Below, in pieces: positions 39,801 to 51,778 of a stretch of 64,000 bases of DNA. Within the stretch, counting starts at the first letter, position 1. Each line of letters begins with the position of its first letter. Location: positions 9,744,265-9,808,264 of the forward strand of contig NW_027019299.1 of the NCBI RefSeq assembly GCF_013076305.1, read 5' to 3'. The notes beneath the pieces are model-generated. The model had not been told where the DNA came from. It saw only the letters and a list, made by a program, of their open reading frames with translations, and ran no database searches. The DNA comes from Rhopilema esculentum (lineage: Eukaryota). A program made the translations under genes and the position numbers.

Positions 39801-41979
39801 CATGCTATTTCGATTAAGGTGGCCTCATTGGTTAAGGTTGTCTTACATTTTAGGCCAGGTCTGAGCGTCTTCTTATCGAGGGTCAAAGTGAGATTGAAGG
39901 TGTGTATCAAGTAAATCTCGTTTTTGTCTTCTCGGTTCCTGCCACTGTAATTATGTTTGTGTGATTAATTCCAAGCAAGTGTAGAAGATGTTAAGAGGCG
40001 AAGATGACAAATGCTTAGAGCGCTTGTCTGCAGTGCTATAGGTTGGGGTTGGAACCCAAGCTCCACCCATGGCGTAAAAAGACCCTCGCCTCGTGTCCAT
40101 TCTGCAGCAAGTGGGTAACTTGGGGCAACACTGAAGACATTAAATAAATTTTCCATGCCCCCCCCCCCTATCATGCTATTGGCTGAGGAAAGTCCATGCC
40201 ACACGTATAGATCGCTATACTACACTCTCCTTTATCTTTATCTGATGTCATTTGGGAGTCAGAGAGTTTTTGCAGCGATAAAATTAACATATGTCTGTAG
40301 TTCCATCTACTTTAAAAATTGGTTATTTTTTATTGCTAATAGGCTCGAAACTCAAAGCCGAAGCACAAGAAATTGAAGAAGAAGCCAGTCTTGAGTCACT
40401 CACTTTGGTATGAAATCTGTGCCATAATCACTTAGATGAGATCTGTTTCTGTGACTTTGAAGTGTTGTTTTGTTTATTTCTTAATATTTTTGGAAAAAGA
40501 GGCTTTGATCAGTCTATATTATCAATTCAGTGACCTTGTAAATATTTATTTATTTCTAGCCTCTTCGATTGATTGATGATTACAATGCTGTTTTGCAATG
40601 CTGAGTTTCTTTAGTATCATCACTCGCTTAGGCTATTCTTTTAATGTTAACCCATAAAAAGCTAGAAGGAAGTTACAATCATCATAACTATCCATAATAC
40701 GCCAAAACGTACAAATTTTTGTTCTCTTATAGGCAAGGAATGCGGAACTCGCCTATCAAAAGCAAATGAATGCTCTTGAAATAGAGAAGGCAAAAGCGAT
40801 TTCAGCAATTGAGGTGAGTCTTCAATTTCATCTCTGATTGCCAACTAAATGGACTTGACTTGTGTCAATTCCGGTCCGGCTTGTATCTCCAGTCCTCTTA
40901 AAAGTTATTCTTAGCCGACCTGACCTCTTTTTGAAGCGTCAAGATCCAACCAAATCTATCAACTGCTAACCTGGCCTAGCCTACTTTGACTGACCTTCCT
41001 TGGTCAAAAACTAATATTAACCTAACCGATCTTGCGTTACTTGATAACTTGCTACTCGACTGAATTCGATCTGACTGACTCCAAGACCTGACCTGACCTG
41101 ACCTGACCTGACCTGACCTGACCTGACCTGACCTGACCTGACCTGACCTGACCTGACCTGACCTGACCTGACCCGTTTTACTGCTATGTTTTTCAAAGCA
41201 CGTGTTTTGAAAATTTTTATTGAACTATACGTCTTTCGTAGATGAAGAGATTAAAAGCAATGATAAGTTCCATTGGAGCTGACACTGTTAGTACTATAGC
41301 ACTGGCAGGACCGAAATCAAAGGTATTGTCCATACATACGATGCAGGCCATAAAGTTTTAAAATAAAAGCGAATTCCAAGATTTTCAGCACCTGAAATTT
41401 TTTTTCGCTGCTTAAGCCACACTTGTGTAGAAAGGAAAGTCCACATATATCTGCATTTCTGTGTCTTTCTCTAAGCTAATTTTTGATACGATTTTTGTGG
41501 ATAACTGAGCTGAAATCTGGCTCCAACATTTTTATTTTTCCTTTACTATTAAAACTATTTTTTGAGATCAGTTATTTATTTTGACATTGAAAATATTAAG
41601 CCAAAAAGCTTCCAGACTTAAGTTCTTTTTCATACTCATTTTCATTTTATAGCCGCAAAAGAAATAAGTGTCTGATTTTTACCACCGAAAGTAAAATAAG
41701 ATGTTTTCTACAATAATTGAATTATAAGAAAGTAAACAATTTTTCTGTGTTTTGGCGGTAGCTTTCCTAAAATCTCTTGGAATAATACCAAAGTTTTCTA
41801 CTGTCTTGTCCGCGATAATGAATACAGATGTTAAAACCATGGTTATCTATCATTGAATTCATGTTCGCTTTCAGATTGAGATGCTGAAATCTCTCGGGAT
41901 TCAAAGCACGCTGATTTCGGATGGGTCGACGCCGATCAATTTGTATCAAGGTGGCAATGGACCCTTTATGAGAACATGA
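21897..41979 (+). CDS. MVP: major vault protein (MVP) gene, 30 coding exons, 849 aa
   Basis: Hand-spliced; CDS 2550 nt, frame closes. E1 21897-21959 ([21 protein letters not shown]; human [21 protein letters not shown]); E2 24076-24209 ([44 protein letters not shown]); E3 24722-24788; E4 25926-25977; E5 26470-26627 ([33 protein letters not shown]); E6 27364-27455; E7 27818-27887; E8 28141-28235; E9 29390-29456; E10 30032-30173; E11 30591-30695; E12 31695-31785 ([14 protein letters not shown]); E13 31894-31954 ([19 protein letters not shown]); E14 32439-32533; E15 32802-32886; E16 33053-33106; E17 33656-33706; E18 34281-34326; E19 34711-34790 ([11 protein letters not shown]); E20 35346-35405 ([20 protein letters not shown]); E21 36100-36178; E22 36551-36693; E23 37840-37940; E24 38351-38441; E25 38992-39081; E26 39845-39890; E27 40343-40407; E28 40733-40813; E29 41242-41322; E30 41875-41979 ([25 protein letters not shown]..., stop TGA). 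MVP repeat domains, shoulder and cap-helix are all recognisable. Confidence 0.9.
22190..22270 (+). promoter_or_regulatory. GC-rich patch with a CRE-like site (TTACGTCA) and an ETS/GABP core (CGGAAGTG) in MVP intron 1; candidate enhancer or alternative promoter
   Basis: ctccttacgtcatggcggaagtgtcaaaggctgggcctaggcgggcgaccc. Locally much more GC-rich than the flanks. Confidence 0.3.
28965..29092. repeat. MITE-like element with about 35-bp imperfect TIRs, in MVP intron 8
   Basis: Left caccaacccccctttccccccgaatcaatgttgtgattgg. Right ccatcgtaatcaacattgaccacggggggaagggggtttaggtcacc, whose reverse complement is ggtgacctaaacccccttccccccgtggtcaatgttgattacgatgg. Confidence 0.45.
41085..41173. repeat. 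pentanucleotide microsatellite (GACCT/ACCTG)n, about 17 units, in MVP intron 28
   Basis: gacctgacctgacctg... runs uninterrupted from 41085 to about 41173. Confidence 0.95.
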
Positions 41980-44900
41980 TTTGCAGCCCCAGAGACATTA
42001 ATGATTTTTTACACTTATTTTGACAATTCTGCGCAAATATTTTTATTCACTGCACCATTAACTGCAAACGATTCTTGCAGTATCAAAAGATCATTGAAGC
42101 GACACATTTGTATCAAGGTTTGAAGGGGACAGACACATTGCCATAACTCGTGTATGATCATATTGCGTTTATCATTTTCAATCTGTACTCTTTGCCTATC
42201 AATGCAAATTCAACATACAAAAAACTATTTTTCTGTGCAAGTCCTTTATTTATGTAAATAAATGAAAGGCCACGGCAGAAGGCTTTACTTGACGGACTTC
42301 AAATGCTTGCGGCGAAAAATCGATAGAAATGTAGAAAATATGGCTACGCGCCGAGAACAGACAGCAATCAATACAAGCAAATAAATAGTAGCTAATATTT
42401 CGTCCTGTCATACGAGGCTTTGTCAGAGTAAAAGTCGTTTTTTTTCTTAACATTTTGTCAGACCATTCCGAAATAGCCTAACCATAATGTTACAAACAAT
42501 ACGTTTACGTGAACCTTCTGGCCATTCACCTAGCTCCTAAATTTCTTTATCGAAAATTTTCTTTTTCGATACTTTTTACCATTTAAGATCCATAACAATA
42601 TTTCAACATTTCATACAATTACCTTAGCTTAATAAAGCAAAATAGAATTTGAACAAGTTGCTTACCCCTAAAAATCAATCCTACAAAAATCTTAAATCTA
42701 AAAGGTAGACTGATCATCGCTATCCTAAACACAGCAGAGTACCCAGCCCCTGGGAAGATAGTGTTTGGCGCACAACTTTATCACAATTCCACTACAACAC
42801 AATTTATTCACGAAAGGCTCCCCAGCTTTCAGTACAAAGGTGTAGGGTCAGTGATGCCGCGGAAAGGGGCTCAGTCCGCCTTGTTAAAATTCAGGTAGAT
42901 TTTTTTGGGGCTCAGCCCTCTTAACAGCCCCCTTTGATATTTGGTTGGACGATTTGTGTTGGCCATCCTATATTTTGCTACATGAATGAGCAATTTTGTA
43001 TCATCAAATAGTTTGAATGACCTCTACATCCAACGGAGAGTCTTGAGCACAAATGCAAGTACGTATATTCGGTATGGTCAAGTGGTTACGGGTGTGGTCA
43101 CGGGTGTGGCCTCTTGGAATTGCCTATAGCACAGCCACCCTTTCTAACTTTGTAGGAAGGCACCCCTGTATAGAGTGGAATAAAATTGTACCGCACAATG
43201 AAACGTTGGGTAGGAACAGGTGGATGCCAATTTGCGATTAGCTGGCTGGTACACAAGTCATGAGTACACCCTTTTCAGCTGAAATGCAGAGTCCAGTAGA
43301 GTTGTCAATCTTCCTCCGGCCAAGCATATCTTGCTACAAAACCTTCCTCATTTTTGATGTGTTTTAAATGGGCGTGGTCTGGAAGTTGGAGGTACTCAAC
43401 ATGTTTTTAACCCTTTTCTTGCAATTCTACTTTTCCAAAACATTTTAAGAATTGTAGCTTGTTTTCAATAATAGGTATTTTGGGGTCAGATAAAAAGTAA
43501 CATCTCTATGTCAATTAATAACAAATGCGTGTCACATTTTGAATATATGAAATTATGAAAAGTTTGCGCCTAAATTCTACAGTGCAAAGCACTTCTGTAA
43601 GAAATCTAATATTAAAAAACAGGAGGTTTATAGATCTTATTTGATCTTTTTTATTTTTGTCTGAGTGCATTTTAAAGCCAAAAGGCAATATTTGGTCACC
43701 CTTTTCAATTTCCTTTTGTTTCTACAACCTTCCTCCGGCCAGTGGCCATGGAGCCGTAATGTTTTCTGACTCTGCTGGTGTGGACAACGGGGAAATTTAC
43801 CTCAACTCTTCCTCAACTTGTTTGTGGTATGAATATTGGGTTTTTTCATCCAGAAACATTTTGATTACAGATGATCAATGGTTTTGTAATTGCGTGATAA
43901 TTCACCAAATCATGTTTAGTACATGCAGGTTTTCATGGTGATAGAACCGCTCTTGCCTTGGCTTGCATCTTCAACCTTTTATCACATACTAAAGGAAAAA
44001 GTCCAGACCAAATAGACATGTCTGCTCGAGCCAAAATCACGACGCAGGATACGGCGGATTTTGTCTGCAAGGCGCGGTCAGCTGTTGATTTAGACGGAAA
44101 CTTGAAAGATGGCAATCTGGCATGTCCACTTTCGAAGTGGTTTGTTTCAACCATTGAACATTGAATCTTGACAAGCGCTTCTATTGAGATTGTCTCATTT
44201 TGGTGTCTCGGATGAAGTATTCAAGACTATATTTTAATTAGTGTTTACGTCACTTTCCAGTGATCCTGAATATCAGCGGAAAATAAAGCAAATTTAAGAA
44301 ATGATTTTAAAACATGACAAGGAAGCATTTGTATCACTTCATTCAATGTAATCAACTGGGCTAATCATACCAACTGTCCTGATCACATTAAAACAACACC
44401 AGCTTTAAACGAGCATTATCAAACTTGATATACCCTTTGTTGATCGTACATTGTTGATCACCCTTGTTGTTTATCATGTCACAATCTTTATTTGATCATC
44501 GTCATTATATTATCAGCTATGAGCTATACATCACTAATCGCCATTCGCCAACTTGATTGAATGAATGAACTTGAAAAATTCAAATTAATTTTAATTGGCA
44601 AAAGTTTAATAGATCATTTCATCAAAAACCCTAATTTAGACTCGTGACTCATAATATGATGACTGTTTTGAAAGATAGCTAAGCAATTTTTCAATTATCT
44701 TTTAGGTGATATATTGAAACTTGTGGTCAAAGGCAAGTTTTCATCGATCGATAGAATGACGCCGTTAAGCAATTGACGTTGCCAGTTGCTCTCCTCGTCT
44801 ACACCAGGTACCTCATGTTACGTCTTACCTTCTTCGGATTTTCCCTGAAACTTGTTGGATCTTTACCTATTTACTGCATACATTAAAGGCGACTAAATTT

Positions 44901-46059
44901 TTTTTTAAATACTAAGGCCCAAAGCTGCTACAAAGTTTACTAGAAAGAGTGTGCACCCATTTTAACTTTGCAATTTTGAAGGGGCGTTGAAAATTTTTCA
45001 AATATCTTGTCGTATTTCTGCAGTCTGATCCTTGATGAGTCTCCAAATTTCATATCATCATAAAATCTACAGAAATGCACAAACACGATGAAACATTGTG
45101 CCCGGACTCGAAATATGCTGGCACATCGTGATTCGAGCTCAAAAACGTGATACTATCTATAGAAAGAGGCCATACTTTAAGTTTGGGGTCTGTACTCACT
45201 CTATACATTGATTCGATGTCCTTCTTAACCATTTTGATAACTAGGAAAAAAATTCATAACTTGATTGATAAAGAATTCACCAAGGCAACTTTTTGTCTTT
45301 TGTTTTTCAAGGAAATCATCCAACGGGCGTTTCACAAGGTATGGCCAATCAAGGGAAGTTAGTTCGTTAAAATTGCATAGCTTTGTAGGAGTCAGTTTTC
45401 TGGACTGCTAACTGTACTTCTTTTTATTCATTTCTCCAACTACCACCAGCCACCCATTTTCTGCCTGCAACCATTTTCGTTCTGAAGGTGAACTGAAATC
45501 GCCGACTTACTTTCACACGCTTATTTACATTTGACGGGCCTTGTGGAGGAGTGATTTGTTAATAGCTGTATGGGTGGTTTTGGCAGCCGTAGGATAAAAA
45601 TAGGTTTAGTTGGCCCGTCCAACGGAAGGTATTTTCACACGAAATTTATCGAAAGTGTTTTTGATGATTAAATGACTAATGAACGGTGCTTCTGATATCA
45701 AAATCAGATTTATCTAATGTAATTAAGCCCAATTGGGAACAATTGTGACCAAAAAAGTATGGTGAGAAACCAATCAACGATTGCTCGCCTTAATGATAGG
45801 CAGATGATAAATGTCATAAACAGATCACTTACATGGCCATGTCACATCTAATGTCTATAATTTGGGTTGTTCCGGACTATAATTTATGGTAATCGGAGGT
45901 GGATGTGCGAAGAGCAAGGTCGTTTTAGCAGCCGAGGACGAGTCTTAAACAACACAGGAGTAGGACAAGTATTTTAGATTTATATCTTTTTTTAATTACG
46001 TGAATGCTTGTGTTTTTATGGCTGCAAATTTAAATGCAAAAGTCTAGAGCCTGACAAAA

Positions 46060-49000
46060 ATGCAGGTAGAAAAAAGGCAGGCGTTTGACATAAAGTCTTT
46101 AATTGGAAGTCCAGACGAAAGCCCGAAAGAGGACAAGTGCAAACGCAGCAAGGAAGATTTCTCTCGAAGGGAGTCAGGCTTCTTGAGTGAGCAAAGATTG
46201 AAACCGTATCAAAGAGATGGTTGCGACTCAAAGAACGAAAGCTATCGTTCTAGGATTCTCCCAAAGGCAATTCGCGGAGATTATTTGCGAGGCTCTGGAC
46301 AAATAAAGCCTGCATGCTTTAGAGAACATCCAGATATTGCAGCGTACTGTTCGTCAAAGACATTTCCTGTTCCCCATAACTCATGTTGCTTTAGAAATAA
46401 TGAAGAACTTAGCCGCAAGTACATTGCGTTACCAAGTTATAGCAGAACTGACCCAATTCTAGCTAAACACACAATCCAGCCTTGTCAGCAGCTATTTCCA
46501 AGCCACCCTGGACCACAGGACATAAGATCATACTATTTTCTGCAGCCTGGTAAGAAAGTTTTCAATAATCTGTATCTACCTCTGTTTTTTAAGTATTACA
46601 ATTGTTTTAATTCATTAGCTTAATCACTCTTCATAGCTATCCTCTTATATACTTCTTATATCTTCGTAGCTATCATACTTTCTAATACGCCATTTTATGG
46701 GTACGTTATCAAACAGTCCTCTTATATTTTTGTTGACTTATAACCATCACATTTTTTTCCAATTTATATCTTCATACCGCAAAATTAGACTATTGGTTTG
46801 TTCTGTGAAACCGTAATTATGTTCCTAATAGAAAACATGTCCATTTTTGCCGAGATTTTTGCCTTAGAAGGTTTTTTATTGTTTTTAAGTTTGCTTTTAT
46901 TGCTTTGTGAATATCTAAGGGGTCTTAATTTCTATAAAGGGAAAAGTTCTCTTAATTGAAATGTTTCTTGTTGTAGAAAGAATTAACAGGAAGAGTGAGA
47001 GATTTAGATTTTTGACAAAAAACCCATAAACGTTATTTTTTTCGTAAATTTAAACATAACATAACTGCACTAGAACAGAAAAAACAGAAGATGAAATTCA
47101 ATAATTTATTCAATGCTAAGTGTCAACTTATGCTACTTTAAGATTATCTGGTCTTCTCCTCTAAAAAAGGCATTTTAAGCCTGATACCTAATTGCAAAAG
47201 ATTTTAAGTCTGCTTCTGAACAATGGAAGAATTCGTTTTATAAAGCTTTCGAATCTTTCCCTCAAAATGTAAAAATCATATACATAAATAGAAAACTAAG
47301 TTATATTTCCAACAAGATCAAAGGTTTTTAGACATTTAGTAGGCTAGCTTTATACGGGTTATTCGCCCCTCTGACCCCCTCTATCTACATCATAGCCAGT
47401 GGTTTGTTGTTGTCAGATATATGGTGATTGCCTAATTTTTACTAATTTACTAATTTTGTACCCATTGAAGGATAGATGTTGCATTAGATTGTGATAAAAT
47501 TGAAAATGATAATTTGAGTGATAATCAACTTTATGTGGTCTGAGTGAATCCAATAAACCTTAATGATATTGAGTAATGAGTGCTAACTATGGTGATTTTC
47601 ACGATTGGTTGGAAATTTGATTAATGTAATTGTCCAATTATAAATTGTTACGACCCTTTGAGGTTAGGATATTTATACTTCTAGCCATTGTGAATGCCTT
47701 CAATTTGACGTCATTGCAAGGAAAATACCAGGAACTTTTCAGTATTAACATGTTGTGCCAAATTTTTTGGTGAATCATTGACCCAAGTGTATTCTGTACC
47801 AAACCTGTTTTTGTAAAAATTGCAAAAGGTGCAAGATTTACGTAGCAGTAACTTGTAATCATCTTTGCTGATAGCTGATACCATACCATTCAATCCATGT
47901 TGGAACATATGACGAAGCTGTTTTTGTAGCACTTTAGGAACAATATCATATGCAGAGGTCAAGAATTTATTTGTTTGATAATTGAGCGACACATGTGAAA
48001 GTGCTTCACCTAGGGAAGCAACTACTGGCAAGGAAAAAACTGCATTGTTGTCCCCAATCGTCCAAAATCTGAAAATCCATGCCCTGACCTGACCTAACTT
48101 TGAAATCCGCATCAGGTCATTCTTTCTCGAGGATGCTTTTTGGAGAAAAAGTTGTTAAAAGTAACAATTGAAATGTCCAATACATCGCGCTGTAAAACAG
48201 TGAACAAGACAGTACAGAAATACTTTTAATTTATTTTAAAATTAACAAAGAATATACCGTGTAGCTATAAAACATTGCTTACTTGATTGCTTACTTCGCA
48301 TTGCCCCAGAATAAAAGTAAACTTTATTTCCAATTTTAAAGAGACTTTCCTTTTGTTTTAGATCTGATCAACAATTACAGTATACCATATCCACGCCCCG
48401 ACCTAATGGCAGCACAGAATACAGGTAGAAGAATTCGGACTACGTTCACCCCATCACAATTAAATGTATTAGAGAAAAGATTCAAAGCTAGTCATTACAT
48501 AGTTGGGGATGAAAGAAGGGAACTTGCGCAGGAGCTTCGCCTAAACGAGTCTCAGGTAAGAACCACCTTGTCACTAGGCCCACCATGGTCCCACAATGGA
48601 GCTCTACTGTCACCTATGTTCCCATGGAATAAGCTCCTACAATTTTTGCTCGCATTGCCACTGAATTAACCTTGTGATGAGAAAGACATCGGATTACCAA
48701 ACAGATACGAGACAAACCAAACTGGGCTATGAATGGCATTCTTTCTGTTTAAGATCATTCTCAAGACAATCCACCAATCGATACAGCTGGAAAGAGCGGA
48801 ATGGTTATAATTAAAGTTTCTCAAGGAAAATTTAGAAATGAATATACTTGATCTTGAATGGAAAGTAAATAGTCGTTTGTTTCTCCCAAAATTAAAACAT
48901 AATTTCAAGGAAGCCATCGCTAGAATATTTTCGCTGAATTTTTTCGAAATAAAAATGATTTATTTGTAATATGCTAATTTACTAACACTGCCTAAGTATT

Positions 49001-49389
49001 GTAGCTAATTTAGACTGATACTTTTTCAAAAACAAATTTGACCAAGAACATCCATAAGTGAAATACAACCAAACTCTTCAGGGCCTTTGCCCTGCCCCCC
49101 CCCCCACTTTTTACAAAAAATAGAGTTTTTCAAATTTTCTATTGCCCCCTCCATTTTCTAACCTATGTCGGAACCCATGCTCTTTGTTCATTGCTCAACT
49201 AAGTTATGGTTCTTTCTTTTTCAGGTAAAAATATGGTTTCAAAACAGACGAACAAAATATAAGCAAGAAAAATCTTTCGAAGAAGTGGGAACTGGTAAGG
49301 TAGGAAAACGAAAAGGAGAGCACCATGTTAAGAAATGGCAGTTGGATACAAGCTTCGTCGAAACCACAACTAAAAATGGTTTATTATAA
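46060..49389 (+). CDS. EMX: Emx-family (empty spiracles) homeobox gene, 3 exons, 282 aa
   Basis: E1 46060-46549 (MQVEKRQAFDIKSLIGSPDE...; Emx N-terminal FTIESLV-like motif; ends phase 1). E2 48362-48555 encodes homeodomain residues 1-44 (GRRIRTTFTPSQLNVLEKRFKASHYIVGDERRELAQELRLNESQ). E3 49225-49389 encodes [43 protein letters not shown]...stop TAA. Compare Emx2 [58 protein letters not shown] and its C-terminal KKKGTHHINRWRIATKQ. Confidence 0.85.
48362..48555 (+). CDS. EMX: Emx exon 2: N-terminal 44 residues of the homeodomain
   Basis: Acceptor AG 48360-48361 is phase-compatible with exon 1 (1 + 2 nt gives Asp). Donor cag|GTAAGA at 48556. The intron splits the homeodomain between positions 44 and 45. 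Confidence 0.8.
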
Positions 49390-49846
49390 ACTTGGGGAAT
49401 CGCAGATATTTCTTGTGACAATTAGGGAAAACCTAATTCATATTCATCGTTGGGCCTCGCAGCTTAAATATTGGTTTTCAGGGTTTTCATTGCTGCTAGA
49501 GAATCAAGCAGAGAGTCAAGCCATCACCAGTTGAAATTGTTTTCCTTTGTAGCTGGCATCCTTTTTGCAAAGAGTTAAGCAGTCGAATTAAAAGATGTTA
49601 TAAGCAAATGTTAGTTTGATACTGTTAATTGACGTCGAATTATAAATGTCGAGATTTTACAAGATTTTTGCTCAAAATGAAATTTTTCATAAAGATCTAT
49701 AGACATAAGAAATACATTTCCGTTGTACTCATCTCTGTTGAATTGTTTGTTGTACTATAGCTTTTTGGTGACAACAGTTAAGAAGCATTTCAAGGAACGT
49801 TTAAATTTCATAGAAAATAACGATAAGGCTGTTTGTCTCCTCCTCA

Positions 49847-49869
49847 GCGATTGGCTGATTTGACCAATG
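49847..49869 (+). promoter_or_regulatory. inverted pair of CCAAT boxes (ATTGG ... CCAAT, 10-bp spacer) between Emx and DDX41; possible DDX41 promoter element
   Basis: cagcgATTGGctgatttgaCCAATgggtttgag. About 460 bp downstream of the Emx stop and about 1.9-2.7 kb upstream of the first confident DDX41 exon. Confidence 0.25.
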
Positions 49870-51571
49870 GGTTTGAGCAGAGGGGACAAGCATGTTTACA
49901 AGCTTAATCGATTAATTAATTTCAGTTGATCAGTTCCTGAAGAACCTTTTGATACATTCAATTCTGAAAATTAGCCAGAGATGGCGGCATGTTAACCAAC
50001 GAAAAACTATCATATGATTCAAATTATCTAGTTAATGGGAAAACATGAAAAATTAAATCGTATTTTTGACCTTAAATTGAAAATGAGTTTTCATTTACAT
50101 CAATTGTCGCCATTCCAGGATTTCAAAACCAAAGTAATTGCAAATGATGACCAATGTACCTGTGTCTCACATGGCAATCCTTAACATGGTCTTTTAAGAC
50201 GTATTGCTAAGCTTGGATATCGGTACAAAGCAAGTGAAGGGGTAAAACTGAACATGGAGTCATCATTTTTCCAAACATTAAATACCTTCAATTGGCAGAA
50301 AGCAGGTGCTTGGAAGCAAAGATATTTATGACGTTTACAATGGTTTCTAGTAAACTATATTGCACGAAAAGCAAACTATTGCACACCATTATTTGATTTA
50401 AAGCAAAAGAAGAAACTTGTACTCGTTTCGAGAATAAAATTGGCACCAGTCTTAGAAACACTACAGCTATCTAGACTTGCATAGAAAGAGAATGGATACT
50501 CATAAAAACTGAAAACTCCATTAGCTTCAATAGCTTTATACAGATGTACTGTTTATGTTTAAAAACTAAGATTGATATAAAAGATTTGTATGATTAAGAG
50601 ATATAAATATAATGTAGAGTTTTTCATTATGTCTAAATCGTAGTTGCGTTGCGTGTTTAATTTATTGTATTTTCACAACATGCACAATATTTCATATATT
50701 CAGATAACTTATTTCGTATGATGTCTTCTAAGCTGAAAATAAATTTAGATATGTATATGTTTAAAGCCAAATTGTATTTGTAACTACTTGTAACAGAAAT
50801 ATTGAAATAATTAACAATCGATGAGCAACTCTTTGCATACATTCTTTAACGCGTGCTTCTTGATTTAAAAATACGTGCAATTCATGATTGTGAGGCCTAT
50901 TCTTTGCGTCAGGAACTTTAGCATAGGACCAGCAAATAATAAAAGGTGCTTTCTTGTTGTTCAAAGGATTTGTTGGGTAGTGTGATGTTTTCATCTCTAT
51001 GGATGTTTTATATCCAATGACTTTTTGTTGAAGGTGTTGTAAGAGCTTCCTAGCGGACGCTTCAGCTTCAATAAATGAAGTTGATTCGCAGGTTCTTGAT
51101 TACTTTATAATATATTTGTACGACGTGTCAAAAACGCACCCGAGTTGATAAACAGGACAATATTCATCATTTAATGCCCGAGAATCTCCCAAATATGTGT
51201 CTTCGTAGATCCCTCTATACATCTATGTTCTTGTAGTGGTGTCCTTTGTGAGAAAATCAGTGGCTTTACTAGTGACGCCGGAGCACTTGACTACGGGATT
51301 GCTAATGATCATCCGTAACAAGTAAGGCTAACATCTCATTACATATAAAAATGCAGAAATATAAAAAAGAAATGACCTATCATATCACCTGACATAAGAT
51401 TAAAGGATAGTGGGAAATATGCATCTGCCTGAAAGTGCACCCTATTTATGTTTGTCTTCTAAGGGCGATTCACTCTGGAAAAGATGTACGAGATTTTCAC
51501 CAGATAAAAGGATTTATATGGATTTACTAATGAAAACAGAGGGATTTTCACCAAAGGTGTAAGAGATTTCT

Positions 51572-51621
51572 ACAGAGTGATTTACCCCCTGTTTCTACAG
51601 AGTGATTTACCCCCTGTTTGA
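51572..51621. repeat. direct tandem duplication, 2 x about 24 bp (tctacagagtgatttaccccctgtt)
   Basis: tttctacagagtgatttaccccctgtttctacagagtgatttaccccctgtttgatg. Confidence 0.85.
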
Positions 51622-51751
51622 TGAAGAAAATTATTTAGCAACAACAACAATATGAAAAATCATCCAATTCAATCATAACAAGAGCATGTTTTCGAACAGG
51701 CTAACTCCTGAAAGAAGTAAATTGACAAGCCTGCTAAGCGAAATATAAGCA

Positions 51752-51778
51752 ATGGATGGAAGGAAGGAGCATAAAACG
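51752..51778 (+). CDS. DDX41: candidate DDX41 first coding exon (MDGRKEHKT), speculative
   Basis: ATG in a decent Kozak context (agcaATGg) followed 27 nt later by a GTAATT donor. Phase 0 matches the exon 2 acceptor at 52579-52580. No homology support possible (human N-terminus MEESEPERKRART is low-complexity). One chance in three of phase agreement by accident. Confidence 0.25.

Noticed and set aside
41085-41173. Repeat array as a CRISPR locus
   Set aside because: It is a pure 5-bp microsatellite with no spacers.
46016-46231. 71-aa minus-strand ORF
   Set aside because: Antisense to Emx exon 1.
48380-48381. Alternative Emx exon 2 acceptor at aattacag|tatacc
   Set aside because: Phase incompatible with the exon 1 donor (would need 2 leftover nt; exon 1 leaves 1). 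The acceptor at 48360-48361 fits.
49975-49995. Kozak-like agATGGCGGcatg as the DDX41 start
   Set aside because: The ORF terminates after 4 codons and has no donor.
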